A DNA stretch of 64,000 bases from a virus (taxonomy: Duplodnaviria > Caudoviricetes), in IMG/VR virus record IMGVR_UViG_3300029288_000060, positions 128,001 to 192,000 of that record. One strand, 5' to 3'. The notes below the pieces were generated by a model. The model was given only the letters and a program-made list of their open reading frames with translations. It searched no databases and was not told the DNA's origin. Shown here piece after piece: positions 39,472 to 50,598 of this stretch. The first letter of the stretch is position 1, and the number at the start of each line of letters is the position of its first letter. Made by a program: the position numbers and the translations under genes.

Positions 39472-39687
39472 TTATTCTTTTTCTTTTTCCTGCGGTGTTA
39501 TATCTAATAACGTTGCAAGTGCTAAAATCTTTTCCGGTGGTAAATCCTTTCTCAATTTTTCTTCTATTTTTCTTCTTATTTTTTTAGTTTTTTCATCATG
39601 AACATTTTCAATGATATTATTCACCTCCTTTTTTAACAAAAATAATTTCAACGGATTAAAAGAAATACTAATAAATCTTTTAATCAA
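39472..39687 (-). CDS. Hypothetical protein
   Basis: 71-aa ORF, TTG start with AGGTGAG RBS. Confidence 0.55.
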   Translation of the reverse strand: MIKRFISISFNPLKLFLLKKEVNNIIENVHDEKTKKIRRKIEEKLRKDLPPEKILALATLLDITPQEKEKE

Positions 39688-39699
39688 CTCACCTTAGTT

Positions 39700-39724
39700 T
39701 TATTTCAATAATTAATATATGTAG
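39700..39724 (-). promoter_or_regulatory. Candidate phage promoter motif, copy 1
   Basis: CTACATATATTAATTATTGAAATAA, 22/25 identical to the intergenic copy at 50599-50623. Confidence 0.5.
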
Positions 39725-39746
39725 GTCTTTATTTTTAAATGAATTT

Positions 39747-40013
39747 TTATTTATTTCCTGTGGGTTCTACTATTACAGGTCTATTATAATCTAGCAAATC
39801 AAAAATTAAGTTTGCAGTTGGAAAACTGTTAGATGTATTTCTAATAATATCTTTTGTATGTATTGGCATATACTGATCTGTGTAGTAAACTTGAAAACCG
39901 CCTTTAAATGTAAACACAACACCATCATGACTTTGTTCTGCGGTAATCAAATTAGATCTGTCTGTTTTGATTAACTCCATTGTTCCTTTTTTAATAACAA
40001 TAGTATCTTTCAT
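39747..40013 (-). CDS. Hypothetical protein
   Basis: 88-aa ORF. Confidence 0.6.
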   Translation of the reverse strand: MKDTIVIKKGTMELIKTDRSNLITAEQSHDGVVFTFKGGFQVYYTDQYMPIHTKDIIRNTSNSFPTANLIFDLLDYNRPVIVEPTGNK

Positions 40014-40014
40014 T

Positions 40015-40611
40015 TTACAATTCTCCTTCTAAAGATTTTAATACAATCAACATTTTATCTTTTTCTAACTTACTTTTTAAAAAAGTAATTAACCCTTCTT
40101 TAGTATTTGTTCTAAGAAAAATAGAAATTAACTCATTATTTTCATTTTTAATTAAATTGTTAATCATTATATTAATTTTATCAAAGTTTAATAATAGAAA
40201 CTTATCTACATCCTTTTTTAATAGATCAAAATCTAAACCTGTTATAATCTTTGCAATAATACCTATATATTCATATTCTAAAAATTCAATAAACTTTAAA
40301 AAATTATTGATATCTTCAATGTTATCAAAAGTTAAACTGGGTGTAAACTCAAAATTATATATTTCAGTTACTTTATCATTTAACTTTTGACATAATTCTC
40401 TCTGTCTTTCAAAATCAAGAGAATTTATTTCATTGATTAAATTTAAAAATATAAACTTAAATTCTTCCGTCCCTAAATGATTAATAATATCTATAAAATC
40501 AGCATCAATTTCTGCTTCCGGAATCATATAATCTAAATTAGATTCTTCTTCGTCATCAACTTCATCTAACGGAATTGATGTCCCTATTAAAATCTTTTCA
40601 TAATCAGACAT
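40015..40611 (-). CDS. Acidic hypothetical protein abutting the set-2 beta gene
   Basis: 198-aa ORF starting immediately after the beta stop. Confidence 0.65.
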   Translation of the reverse strand: MSDYEKILIGTSIPLDEVDDEEESNLDYMIPEAEIDADFIDIINHLGTEEFKFIFLNLINEINSLDFERQRELCQKLNDKVTEIYNFEFTPSLTFDNIEDINNFLKFIEFLEYEYIGIIAKIITGLDFDLLKKDVDKFLLLNFDKINIMINNLIKNENNELISIFLRTNTKEGLITFLKSKLEKDKMLIVLKSLEGEL

Positions 40612-43600
40612 TTATGTTCTCTCCAATATCAATGAAATAAAATATGAATTTAATAAATCCTTTGCAGGTGATATTTTTGCATCTCTATAATTTGCAGATC
40701 CTGTTTGAACAATATCCGAAATAATTTCATTTTTAGTTGTTAGATCATCACTTAAAGGCCCCATTAGTTCTGATAATAAAGTTGGACAATTGTATGAAAT
40801 TAAAGAATATGTGTCTGCTTCACCTAACCTCTGTCCACCTTCTCTTCTTTTTCCTGATGTAGGTTGTAATGTTTTTCCAGTAACTGGGCCTGTACTTCTT
40901 CCATGCAATTTCATATCCGCCATATGCTCTAATTTACTAAAATACATATATCCTACTGGTACTTCACTTTTTGTTTTTGTTCTATATTGTGGTAAAAATA
41001 ACTCATACCCAGGTTTTAAACCCAAAAAAGACAAAGCTCTTTTAATTTGGTCTTGTTTTGGAGCTTGAAATGGTGGAATTATAATTGGAACAAAAGCTGT
41101 ATTTTTTATCTGGTTTATTAAATTTAAAAACTCTTTATCGCTTAAAACAGATAAATTTGCTATCAATCTGCTTGTAAATTGTTTATTAGGGGAACTATCT
41201 AAAATTGAATAAACAGATTTCATTAAAGTTAAAATTTTATCTTTTCTATTTAGTTGACTAATTCTTATTGCTAAATCTTTTGCAATTAACCCACAATACA
41301 ATTCATATAATTGTCCTATATTACTTCTTCCAATAATACCAATAGGATTAACAATTATATCCATTGTTTCAGACCACGGGGCTGGAGTTCTTGGCATATT
41401 TTCATCTTTTTCTACTAAACATATAATTCCTTTTGCTCCAAATCTGTTACAAAGTTTATCACCAAGATTAATTTTTAATTCTTGCTCAATTTTAAATCTT
41501 ATTAAGATACCATGTATTGTATTACCTTTAACTGAAAATTTTTCTGTTAGAGTGGTTTGATACTTTTTCCTTGTCCTATTAATTAATTCTTGTAGTATTG
41601 GAAATTTATTCTCATCAAGATTTGAAAAAACATCAATGTCAACAATTTTCCCTCCAGGACTTTTCTTAATAAATTGTTGACCTATAACTTCTTCTCCCTC
41701 TTCTTCAGAAAATCCGAGCAATTGTTCAATTTCACCCATCGTTTTCTTTAGAATTGGTTTACCTTTTTCAACATATTCACCAATTTTTGCGATCTCTAAA
41801 ACTCTATCCTTTTCAAAGATTAAAACTTCATCAATTATACCATGAATAGATGTTAATTTATCTTGGTTAATTAATCTTTCATTAATAACAATACCATCTT
41901 CAAAGTTATACCCATCGTAGGGCATTACCGCAGTTAATAAAGTTCTTCCTAAAGAAATGGTTCCATTTGAAATACAACTACCTTCAGCAATAATTTGATT
42001 TGTATGAACATTTTGATTTACTTTAACAATTGGGTTAAAAATGCTAAGAGTATTTTTACCGGTTCCTGACTTTAAGTGTATGGGGCTAATAGGAATTTCT
42101 AAAGTTTTTTTATCTTTACATAAAATAGTAATTGAATCGTTTGTAATATTTATAATTTTGCCATCACAAGGAGCTTTTTTAATAAAATTTTCTGATAAAC
42201 CATTTGTAAACAAAGACTCGTAACCAGATCTTACTACAGGTGGTTCTGGATTTTTTAATGGAATCATCTGTTTAGCTTGGTTTGTAGCCATTATAATTCT
42301 AGCGCCATCATTATTTTCAATAAATGGAATCATACTTGAGGCAACTGATAATATACCAGACTTTTCATTATCAGAAAAAGCTTTTTTAGAAAACAAACCT
42401 CTGGCAGATGTTATAGAAGCACCAATAGATAATTGTTGAGAGATACCAATCATTTCACCTTCTGGAGTATCTAATGGGTCAATATTTCCATAATAGGAGG
42501 GATGAATATTTCTCGCTTCATTTTGTATAGATCTTTTATCGGGAATACCACCAATATTTTTTCCGATGGGTGAAATTCTAGTCATGACTGCCATTTCTTC
42601 GATTGGATTGGCGAATTCCATATTTGCAACTATTTCGGATCTATTAAATTCACTAAGTAGTTTAGTTTGGTTTATTTCAAACTTTGCATTTTTATTACCT
42701 GATATAATTTGTTGTTTATAAATTGTATAGGCAGCTAAAATTTGTTTTTGAACTAGATGAACTAAAACTTCAGATCCTCTAATTCTTTGGTTTAGAATAT
42801 CATTACGATCTTCAACATAACCAATAATTATTTTATATGACATATAATACATAATATCTTTTAACGTTGAAGGTAATTGTTGATTAATTAAAACTTGTTT
42901 TGCAACAGGATCAACAATATTTTCTAAATTTGATAAAATTAAAAATGTTGTGTTAACTTTACCTGTTAACTTAAAAATAACTTCATTAAAATATTCTACA
43001 CTAGCAAATTCTTTTTTAATATCTAATGTATCAATTTTAGCAACAGAAAAGGATGTTATTAATTCTTTCTTTAATTCACTATCTACATTATCAAAATAAA
43101 TATAATTTATATTATCAATTTTAACTACATATTGTTGAGTCTTTTTAGGTTTATCTTGACTAATTTTATATGTTATTCCATACTGAGCTAAAATATGTTC
43201 AAACCCAAAACTAAAAAATAATAGAATTGATAATGGTAACCATGTATTTGCGATAAATATTTCTAAATATTGTAAATTTCTAGTTCTTTTACTTCTTATT
43301 CTAAAAACAGAATACGAGCTTTCAAACCTAGATTCAAACTTTTTAGGAAAAGTTATTGGACATAAAACAATTTGGTTAACTAAACATTTTCTTTGACCAT
43401 TAACTCTAAACGTTCCCGTCTTTTCATCAATTCTTGGAATCTCGATTTGTATATAATGTACTTTTCCATCTTTATCTGTTACAGTTGTTTTTATTAAATT
43501 AATATCTGATTTTTCAATTTCTCCAGCTTTTTGCCTTTTTCCAACTATTTCAATAGGACCTATTTTTAATGGTAATTCTTTAGTCTCTAGTACTTTAAAA

Positions 43601-44732
43601 GAATTTTCTAAATCTTTTTTCAAATTTACTTCAAAATCTATTAATCTTTTTTGAAATAAATGTTGCGGAGACTTATCAGAAACTACTTTTGGAACATTAT
43701 AGGATTTTACAATTGCATCATTTGAAGTATTTATAGGTTTTTGCTGAGTTAATATCTGATCAGAATATTGACTATCAATAATTTTTAGTGAATTACCAAC
43801 TTTTTTTTTGATATGGAATTTGTAATTTTTTTAGCTTTGTTTACATCTCCACTAACTTTACTTAAAATAGAGGCAACCCCAACTTTTTCAAGCCCACTTG
43901 CAGATACTTGTTTTGAGGCTATTTTTTCTTTGGCGACAGGATCTTTTTGTAAATATGATTGAACAGCATCTCTTACTTGTTCTTTATTTTCTGGTTTGAT
44001 TTTAGCATGTATTGTATTCATCACTTGGTCAACAATCTGATCTGTTTCGTCATCCTCTACTTCATCACTTGTATCTAACGAAGTTTCAATTTTACCTGAT
44101 TTAATTGTTTTTAAGATTGTTACAATTCTTTCAAACTTAAAATTTTTATTCTTAACTAATAATCTATATCTAACACCAGACGAAGTGATTAAACATAATA
44201 TTAGATGATCAAATTCAAAAGTTCCTTCTTTAAGTTGTTGAACAATAGGAAAGAATTTTCTATCAACAAATTTATTTAAGTTGTCTTTCGTTAAATCTAT
44301 AGTATACATCAAAACTTTTTCAAAATTATTAAAATCTGAATAAGATTGATTTACAATATTTTTTATAAACAAACTTAATCTTTGACGATAATTGGAAGGA
44401 TTAAAAGTTGAGTCAATAGCATTTAAATAAACAGTTAAATCATAAAATACATTTTTAGATGTAGGAACTTTCATAATTGAAGAATATGAATATATTCCAT
44501 ATTTTTTAAATGCTTTGATTAAATTTTGAGTTATTCTAGTTCTAGGAATTCTAGTCACTGGAATTATATTAATTTTTATATCTACAAGTTTTAAATTTAA
44601 TTTTGGATAGTCTTCTAAAAAACTAGAATTTTCAGAAAAATATGTAACTATGAAATTCTCACCTGGTTTATTAGGAAACCTTATTCCATCAACAACATGT
44701 GTATATTGTCTTAGAGACTTAAATTGAATCAT
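40612..44732 (-). CDS. rpoB: RNA polymerase beta-like subunit (set 2), encoded as two ORFs (43785-44732 and 40612-43623) joined by a -1 shift at an A9G run
   Basis: DTPEG, PFIENNDGAR, GYNFEDG, GDKLCNRFGAKG, GGQRLGE; the beta frame stays open 59 codons upstream of its annotated TTG, back to the A9 run. Confidence 0.85.
43800..43809 (-). other. Slippery A9G run (TCA AAA AAA AAG)
   Basis: Nine T at 43801-43809 on +; contains A_AAA_AAG in phase; lies in the short overlap of the two reading frames. Confidence 0.65.
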
Positions 44733-44747
44733 TTTTTAGACTCCTTT

Positions 44748-47700
44748 TTAATCTTCTATTTCTTTTTTCTCAACTAAAGTACCAGTTAACAATCTTTCTA
44801 AGACTGAAGGTGGTAATTCAGTTGTAGTAATCAATCCAGTATTTAGAGCATTATTTACATTCTCAAAAGCTAATCCTTGTAATAATCCGCTATTAAATAT
44901 ATTTTTCTTTATATTCATTAAAACTGGTTTTAATGGATCTTTTCCAACTCTTGCTGGAATAACAGGATTATTACTATCTCTTAAAACTTGACTAATTAAT
45001 ACTTCCATATGCACTAAATCAATACTAGAAATATCACTATATATTTTATAAAATTTTAAAAATAAATGGTTAATATCTTTAAATCTTTCTTTACCAGACA
45101 TTAATCGTTCAACATATAAAACTATTTCTTTTAAATCCTGCTTTTGTAAAGGAACTTCTAACATTTCATAATCTTTATTAAACAATAAATTAATAACATC
45201 TTTAGTCTTATTTATAATTTTAGAATATTTAATAATAACAGGGTAATCTAATATTAAATCAAATGATAAATCTGGAAAGTTTACCTTTGAAATTAAACCA
45301 TTTAAATAGATAGTGTTTTCTTCTTCATTAATAATAAAATTATCACCAATTTCATAACTTTCTAAATCTATTATCATAGAACATAAATCTGTACAATATA
45401 AATTATTTTCGATTTGGTTTAATTTTGTTTTAAGTTGGTTAATATTTAATAAAGGATCATTTTCAAAAATATCTTTTAGAATATCTCTTGTAATAACTTT
45501 AATTGCGGTTGAATGAAATGTACGCATTATCAACTGAGTATTTCGTTCTGCAATATTCTGCGCAGCAATGATTCCAATGTATGGACTTTTATGTACTTGT
45601 AAAAGTTTACCATAACAAGTATGACAAATTTTTAATGATTTACAAAAAATTGGACTTCTTAAATGAATTAAATCACCTGATTTAAAATTAGATGCTTTAA
45701 ATTCTTCTAACTTACCCCTTCTTATTATAAATCTTCCATTAAGTCTGCTGATAATATCTTCATTAAGTTTTATATCCAATGTTAAATCAGTTCCACAATC
45801 TTTTAATGTCCAATCCAATTCAACAGAATTTAGCAAATATGCTAATTTTCTTGCAGTATATCCAGTATCTGCAGTATTAATAACTCTATCAATTATTCCT
45901 GCCCTACTACCACCTGCAGCATTAAAGTATTCTGTCGGAGTTAAACCATCAGATAAAGAACCTTTAATTGGTGGCAAAATTTTACCAGTTGGATCTGCCA
46001 TAATACCCTTTGCAACTAAAATTTGTATTGGTTGATCCCACCCTTTTGTAGAACCCGACTCAACTAAACTATATAACCCAGTATCTTTTAAATGGTTAAT
46101 CATTATTGCTCTCATTTTACTAATTATTTCAACTGCTTCTTCAGTTGTCGCTTTATCTAAATTCTTTTTAAGTTCATATATTTCTGGTGGTATTGTAATT
46201 TCATCTAAATTTAATGATGGTGCTAATAATGTCGAAAATTTAAAACCAATATTTTTTAAACTATTTGCCACTTCTCTGCCTTTTTCATCACCATATTTAT
46301 TAACAACTTCAAAGATTAATTTATTTACAACTTTTTTAGTTACTAAATCGTTTATAAATCTAAAATCTTTTGGAAAGCAATTATTTAAAATTGCTTTTCC
46401 CATTGTTGTATTTTCATTTTTATAAATTACTGGAATATAAGGGTTTGTTGCATTATCTAAATCATCTTGTGATACTTTTATTGGTGATTTAAATTCCTTT
46501 TTGCTGTCTTTTGTTAATAAATATAAACCAACGCACATTTCCTTACTTAATTCAAAAGTGATACTTGTAAACGAATTAGATGACCTTGCTAACATCATTC
46601 TTTTTTTTGCTTCTTCTTGAGATTCAATTGTTAATGGATGAAAAATCGCCATTTGGTCACCATCAAAATCTGCATTAAAACCGCCAACAACAAGTGATGA
46701 AATTTGAACAGAATTACCTTCAACTATAACCGGGTAAAAAGCTCTAACAGATTCCGCATGTAAAACAGGATCTCTTTTTGCTAAAACTACTCTATCTCTT
46801 GATGCTAAAACTGTGGCTTCAAAAAAGATATTATATAATTTATCTGGAACAGTATCATTATTCTTTAAACTTCTTAAAATAATTGAAATACTATTTGTTG
46901 ACAAATCCAAATTTGTAAAATCTTTAATTAAATTCTCAAGTTCTATTTTATTTATCTTGCCAGAATATAATAGAATATGTATAATAAAAGGTTCAAATAA
47001 ACTTAAAGCTAATCTAAATGGAATCCCAATCTGGTCGGCTTTTAATTTGGGATTACCTATAATTACAGCTCTGCCAGAAAAATCTGTTCTTTTACCTAAT
47101 AATTGAGATCTAATTAAACCAAACTTTTTTCCTATTTTTGTTCTTATATAATCATCTAAATCATTAACTGATTTTTGTAATGACCAATTCATTAAATCGA
47201 ACATTGTACCTTCTGTTCCAAATGATTTAATAGAAATGGCTTTTCTTAGTATAGTCAAATATAAATCATTAATTTTATCTTGACTATATCTTCCAGTTTC
47301 ATCTTTATAAATTGGTCTTTGTTCTGGAGGTATTATCGGTACATATTTTATAAATAATGTTTCATTTTGATATGATTCTTGTAGAACTTTTATAAATTTA
47401 TCTCTATCTTCTGATTCACCTCTTATAGATAATTTTGGGTATAATTTTATAAATTCACTTATACCAGTTACTCCACTATCTTCTGATAACAATAATTCAT
47501 TACTATCCAATCTAAAAAAATTTTCTGTAGAAAACATTTTTTCTAACTTTCTGTCTAATCTTAAAAAAATTTTAAATGCAGTTGGATGAATAACTTGCGT
47601 ATTTAAATTTATATAAGAAAAAGTTTTCTTTCTTGCAAGAGAATTTTGGACTCCAAATATTCTCTCAGAAAAGATTCCATCCGGATGAAACTCTTCTGTA

Positions 47701-47777
47701 CGAGTATGGATTAAAGTACTTGTAACTGGTTTTAAACTTTTTACAAAATCATCCAGATTTAAAAATTTTAATGGCAT
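44748..47777 (-). CDS. rpoC: RNA polymerase beta-prime-like subunit (set 2)
   Basis: GIFSERIFG, LLGKRTDFSGRAVI, KRDPVLH, catalytic NADFDGDQ, TADTGYTARKL, TQLIMRTFH; no N-terminal Cys4 finger. Confidence 0.94.
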   Translation of the reverse strand: MPLKFLNLDDFVKSLKPVTSTLIHTRTEEFHPDGIFSERIFGVQNSLARKKTFSYINLNTQVIHPTAFKIFLRLDRKLEKMFSTENFFRLDSNELLLSEDSGVTGISEFIKLYPKLSIRGESEDRDKFIKVLQESYQNETLFIKYVPIIPPEQRPIYKDETGRYSQDKINDLYLTILRKAISIKSFGTEGTMFDLMNWSLQKSVNDLDDYIRTKIGKKFGLIRSQLLGKRTDFSGRAVIIGNPKLKADQIGIPFRLALSLFEPFIIHILLYSGKINKIELENLIKDFTNLDLSTNSISIILRSLKNNDTVPDKLYNIFFEATVLASRDRVVLAKRDPVLHAESVRAFYPVIVEGNSVQISSLVVGGFNADFDGDQMAIFHPLTIESQEEAKKRMMLARSSNSFTSITFELSKEMCVGLYLLTKDSKKEFKSPIKVSQDDLDNATNPYIPVIYKNENTTMGKAILNNCFPKDFRFINDLVTKKVVNKLIFEVVNKYGDEKGREVANSLKNIGFKFSTLLAPSLNLDEITIPPEIYELKKNLDKATTEEAVEIISKMRAIMINHLKDTGLYSLVESGSTKGWDQPIQILVAKGIMADPTGKILPPIKGSLSDGLTPTEYFNAAGGSRAGIIDRVINTADTGYTARKLAYLLNSVELDWTLKDCGTDLTLDIKLNEDIISRLNGRFIIRRGKLEEFKASNFKSGDLIHLRSPIFCKSLKICHTCYGKLLQVHKSPYIGIIAAQNIAERNTQLIMRTFHSTAIKVITRDILKDIFENDPLLNINQLKTKLNQIENNLYCTDLCSMIIDLESYEIGDNFIINEEENTIYLNGLISKVNFPDLSFDLILDYPVIIKYSKIINKTKDVINLLFNKDYEMLEVPLQKQDLKEIVLYVERLMSGKERFKDINHLFLKFYKIYSDISSIDLVHMEVLISQVLRDSNNPVIPARVGKDPLKPVLMNIKKNIFNSGLLQGLAFENVNNALNTGLITTTELPPSVLERLLTGTLVEKKEIED

Positions 47778-47832
47778 AAACTATTCTCCAATGACAATTA
47801 AAAAAACTACAATTTTTATATAATTATATATT

Positions 47833-48315
47833 CTAACTTTCATCTTTATTTCTCAATATATTAATATTTTTCTTTAATAGAATCATTGCTTTTGTTAAAT
47901 TAGCTTTTCTTGCTGCAACATTTGGTGGAGTAGGAATATCTTTTGAATATGAGGTATTTAACCTATTCAATTTCCTAATAGAAATTTCTAAAAAGCCCCT
48001 ATCAACATCTTTTCTTCCAGCTAAACGATTTGCTAACTTCAAAGAAAATGCAATCATATTTTTATCTGTTGCACCATTTCTATTACATATTGGTAAAATC
48101 ATATGATCTGTATTTCCAAGCCGAACAGGAAGCCAACATTTTGGATGTTTTTCACATAAACTTTTTCGTGTTTGTTTATCCATTACTGTTCTCAATTCAT
48201 CTCTAAATGAAATTGGAGAAACTATGTCGTTAACTTTTTGAATAAATTCAGATAATTTATCTACTTCATTTAATATTTCTTTCGTTTTCATATTTATTTC
48301 CTCCAAAATAAACAA
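47833..48315 (-). CDS. Hypothetical protein (probable start MKTKE at 48291)
   Basis: GGAGG RBS before the internal ATG. Confidence 0.6.
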   Translation of the reverse strand: MFILEEINMKTKEILNEVDKLSEFIQKVNDIVSPISFRDELRTVMDKQTRKSLCEKHPKCWLPVRLGNTDHMILPICNRNGATDKNMIAFSLKLANRLAGRKDVDRGFLEISIRKLNRLNTSYSKDIPTPPNVAARKANLTKAMILLKKNINILRNKDES

Positions 48316-48373
48316 AAAAATATAAAATTTAATATTTATAATTTGTTCTAAAATTTTGTTAAATTCACATGGA

Positions 48374-48424
48374 AAAATACCATTGTAAGATTTTAATATT
48401 CAATAAATCTTACAATGGTATTTT
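48374..48424. terminator. Long intergenic hairpin
   Basis: 20-bp perfect stem AAAATACCATTGTAAGATTT/AAATCTTACAATGGTATTTT, 11-nt loop, 5 nt after a stop codon. Confidence 0.6.
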
Positions 48425-48429
48425 CTTTT

Positions 48430-48690
48430 TTACTCAAACCTTAAAAAAATTAAATCTGTATACATACAGGTTAAATCCCAATTCCTGTATGAATGACATT
48501 CTTTTGATTTATACCCAAGCTCGCCTAGTTGTAAATCATGACTATTTAAAATTTTTTTAGCATTTTCACAACTATCAATTACCGCTAATTCTACGGTATA
48601 ATTTATAAAACATAATTCAGTATTCTTGACCTCTTGATTGTTCTTCCTGTCATAAAATACTGCAATCAGACCTTTATTTTTGTTTTTCAT
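48430..48690 (-). CDS. Hypothetical protein
   Basis: 86-aa ORF with AGGA RBS. Confidence 0.55.
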   Translation of the reverse strand: MKNKNKGLIAVFYDRKNNQEVKNTELCFINYTVELAVIDSCENAKKILNSHDLQLGELGYKSKECHSYRNWDLTCMYTDLIFLRFE

Positions 48691-48712
48691 TTTTTATCCT
48701 TTCAAATTTTAT

Positions 48713-49114
48713 TTATAACAATGGCAAATGACCAGTTATTTCATTAATTTTTTCATTATAATCTGGGCCAATCGCACAACAAGTTAATGTTTTAACTCCA
48801 TTAAATTCTGTTAAACCAGAATCTTCAATTAAAGCGCATATCATTTTTTCATGTTTTGCTTTGTTATAAATATCTAGTAATTCTTTTTCGCTATTTACAT
48901 ATACTACAATCTTGGTGAAAAGATTTATAAGCCATTCATCAATTATATTTATTTTAAAAGATACTTCATCATTCCATAACACATTACTTCTAAAATTTTT
49001 TGGTGCGTAATTTAAATCTAATAAACATTTCATACTTGCATGCGCGCACTGAGAAGCTACCTTCCCCATTCTCATATGTAAATCTTTTCTAACAATTATA
49101 ACTTGCTTTAGCAT
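48713..49114 (-). CDS. pth2: Peptidyl-tRNA hydrolase, Pth2 family
   Basis: KQVIIVRKDL.M..GK...QCAHAS, KIVV, DSGLTE, TCCAIGP, ITGHLPLL. Confidence 0.92.
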   Translation of the reverse strand: MLKQVIIVRKDLHMRMGKVASQCAHASMKCLLDLNYAPKNFRSNVLWNDEVSFKINIIDEWLINLFTKIVVYVNSEKELLDIYNKAKHEKMICALIEDSGLTEFNGVKTLTCCAIGPDYNEKINEITGHLPLL

Positions 49115-49115
49115 A

Positions 49116-50567
49116 TTAAAAATCCTTATACATTAACTCTTTCATTTGATTGAATTCTTTTTCAAGCTTATTTCCAAAAAACATTGTGTAAAATTGAATC
49201 ATTTCCATTTCAATTCTACTTAATGGCACACCCATTAAATTATTCCCATCAAAAATATTCACAAATTCAACTCTAGATATTCTTCCAATAAAATACCCAA
49301 GCATATTAGCAAATAATAATTTGCTTTCAAAACCAAAGAAATTATTGATGGATTGTGATATATCAATAAACTCTTCCATTGCTTTAACTTTATAAGTTGT
49401 AGCAACAGCAGTTTCTTTCTTTGGATAGTAACTTAATAAAGAAAATAAATTTTTATATTCTGATAAATTAAATACTCTTCTTAATAGATTCTGAGTATAA
49501 ACAGATAAAACCATTGCATGGTCAGGTGCTAAAGTTTTGAAGTGAACAAAAGGAATTGAAGTTATCTTTGAGAGAACTGGGTAAACTAAAGATTCACACA
49601 ATGGAGAAATAAATTCAATCTTACCAATTCTATTTTGAAAATTAACAATTGATTGATCTGTATTATCATAATTAGCAGAAAATAAAAGAATTGAAGATCT
49701 TTCTAAATTATCATAAATTTGTTCAAACGCAATACCTTTTAACCTTCCTAAAGTATCATTGTAAGTATATGTTTTTAAATTGTCTACTGTAGAGCCATGA
49801 ATATCTTCTGTACTAATAGTATCATCATAAATTATTTGACTTTTATAAACAGATCTTAAAAACCAATTTATAGATTCTTGAACTACAGAAGAAAAGTAAA
49901 TTATTGGGTTTTTATCTTCCTCACATAAAAGTAAAATTGAGTTCATAATAAAATTAAAAATTTCAATGATATGAACATCAATTGTTTTACAATGAATCAT
50001 TTTAATATAATCCCACATATATTTATCAGTTAGATTATATCTAAATGTTTTTGTACTTATCATATTAAATATTTTTGTAATTACTTCACAGTCTTTATCT
50101 AATATCTCCGCAGCAAATTCATTATAAACTTTTTTATGCAATCTAGCATCTAATTTTAATTTTTCACTGTTGGAGATTAATGCATAAATTTTTAAATAAC
50201 AAGATAATCTTATTATTTTTTCAATTTCTTCTACGTTAAATAAAATACTTGTTTTCTTAGCTTTTGTTTCATCCACAAACTTTTTAGTATCTATATTTTT
50301 TACCTTTAAATAATCATCCACATATTTTTTAATTACAGGAATATTTTTTTCAATAATTAGATATTTTTCGACCTCTGTAGTATATTCAATCAAAAAATTA
50401 CAAAACCAATCATTAAAACCTTCACATGTTTTAGATACATTTTCAATAAAATTAGTTATAATAAAAAATTTATTTGTAACAGTACTTGAAATTAAATTAA
50501 TTGTTAAAAGATCTTCTTCATCATTAAAAATTTGTAGTTTTTTTTCCGCTAAATTGAATCTCACCAT
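49116..50567 (-). CDS. Large helical hypothetical protein
   Basis: 483-aa ORF with AGGAG RBS, no recognised motif. Confidence 0.7.
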   Translation of the reverse strand: MVRFNLAEKKLQIFNDEEDLLTINLISSTVTNKFFIITNFIENVSKTCEGFNDWFCNFLIEYTTEVEKYLIIEKNIPVIKKYVDDYLKVKNIDTKKFVDETKAKKTSILFNVEEIEKIIRLSCYLKIYALISNSEKLKLDARLHKKVYNEFAAEILDKDCEVITKIFNMISTKTFRYNLTDKYMWDYIKMIHCKTIDVHIIEIFNFIMNSILLLCEEDKNPIIYFSSVVQESINWFLRSVYKSQIIYDDTISTEDIHGSTVDNLKTYTYNDTLGRLKGIAFEQIYDNLERSSILLFSANYDNTDQSIVNFQNRIGKIEFISPLCESLVYPVLSKITSIPFVHFKTLAPDHAMVLSVYTQNLLRRVFNLSEYKNLFSLLSYYPKKETAVATTYKVKAMEEFIDISQSINNFFGFESKLLFANMLGYFIGRISRVEFVNIFDGNNLMGVPLSRIEMEMIQFYTMFFGNKLEKEFNQMKELMYKDF

Positions 50568-50598
50568 TCACTATTCTCCTTAAGAAAGTATTATTTTA

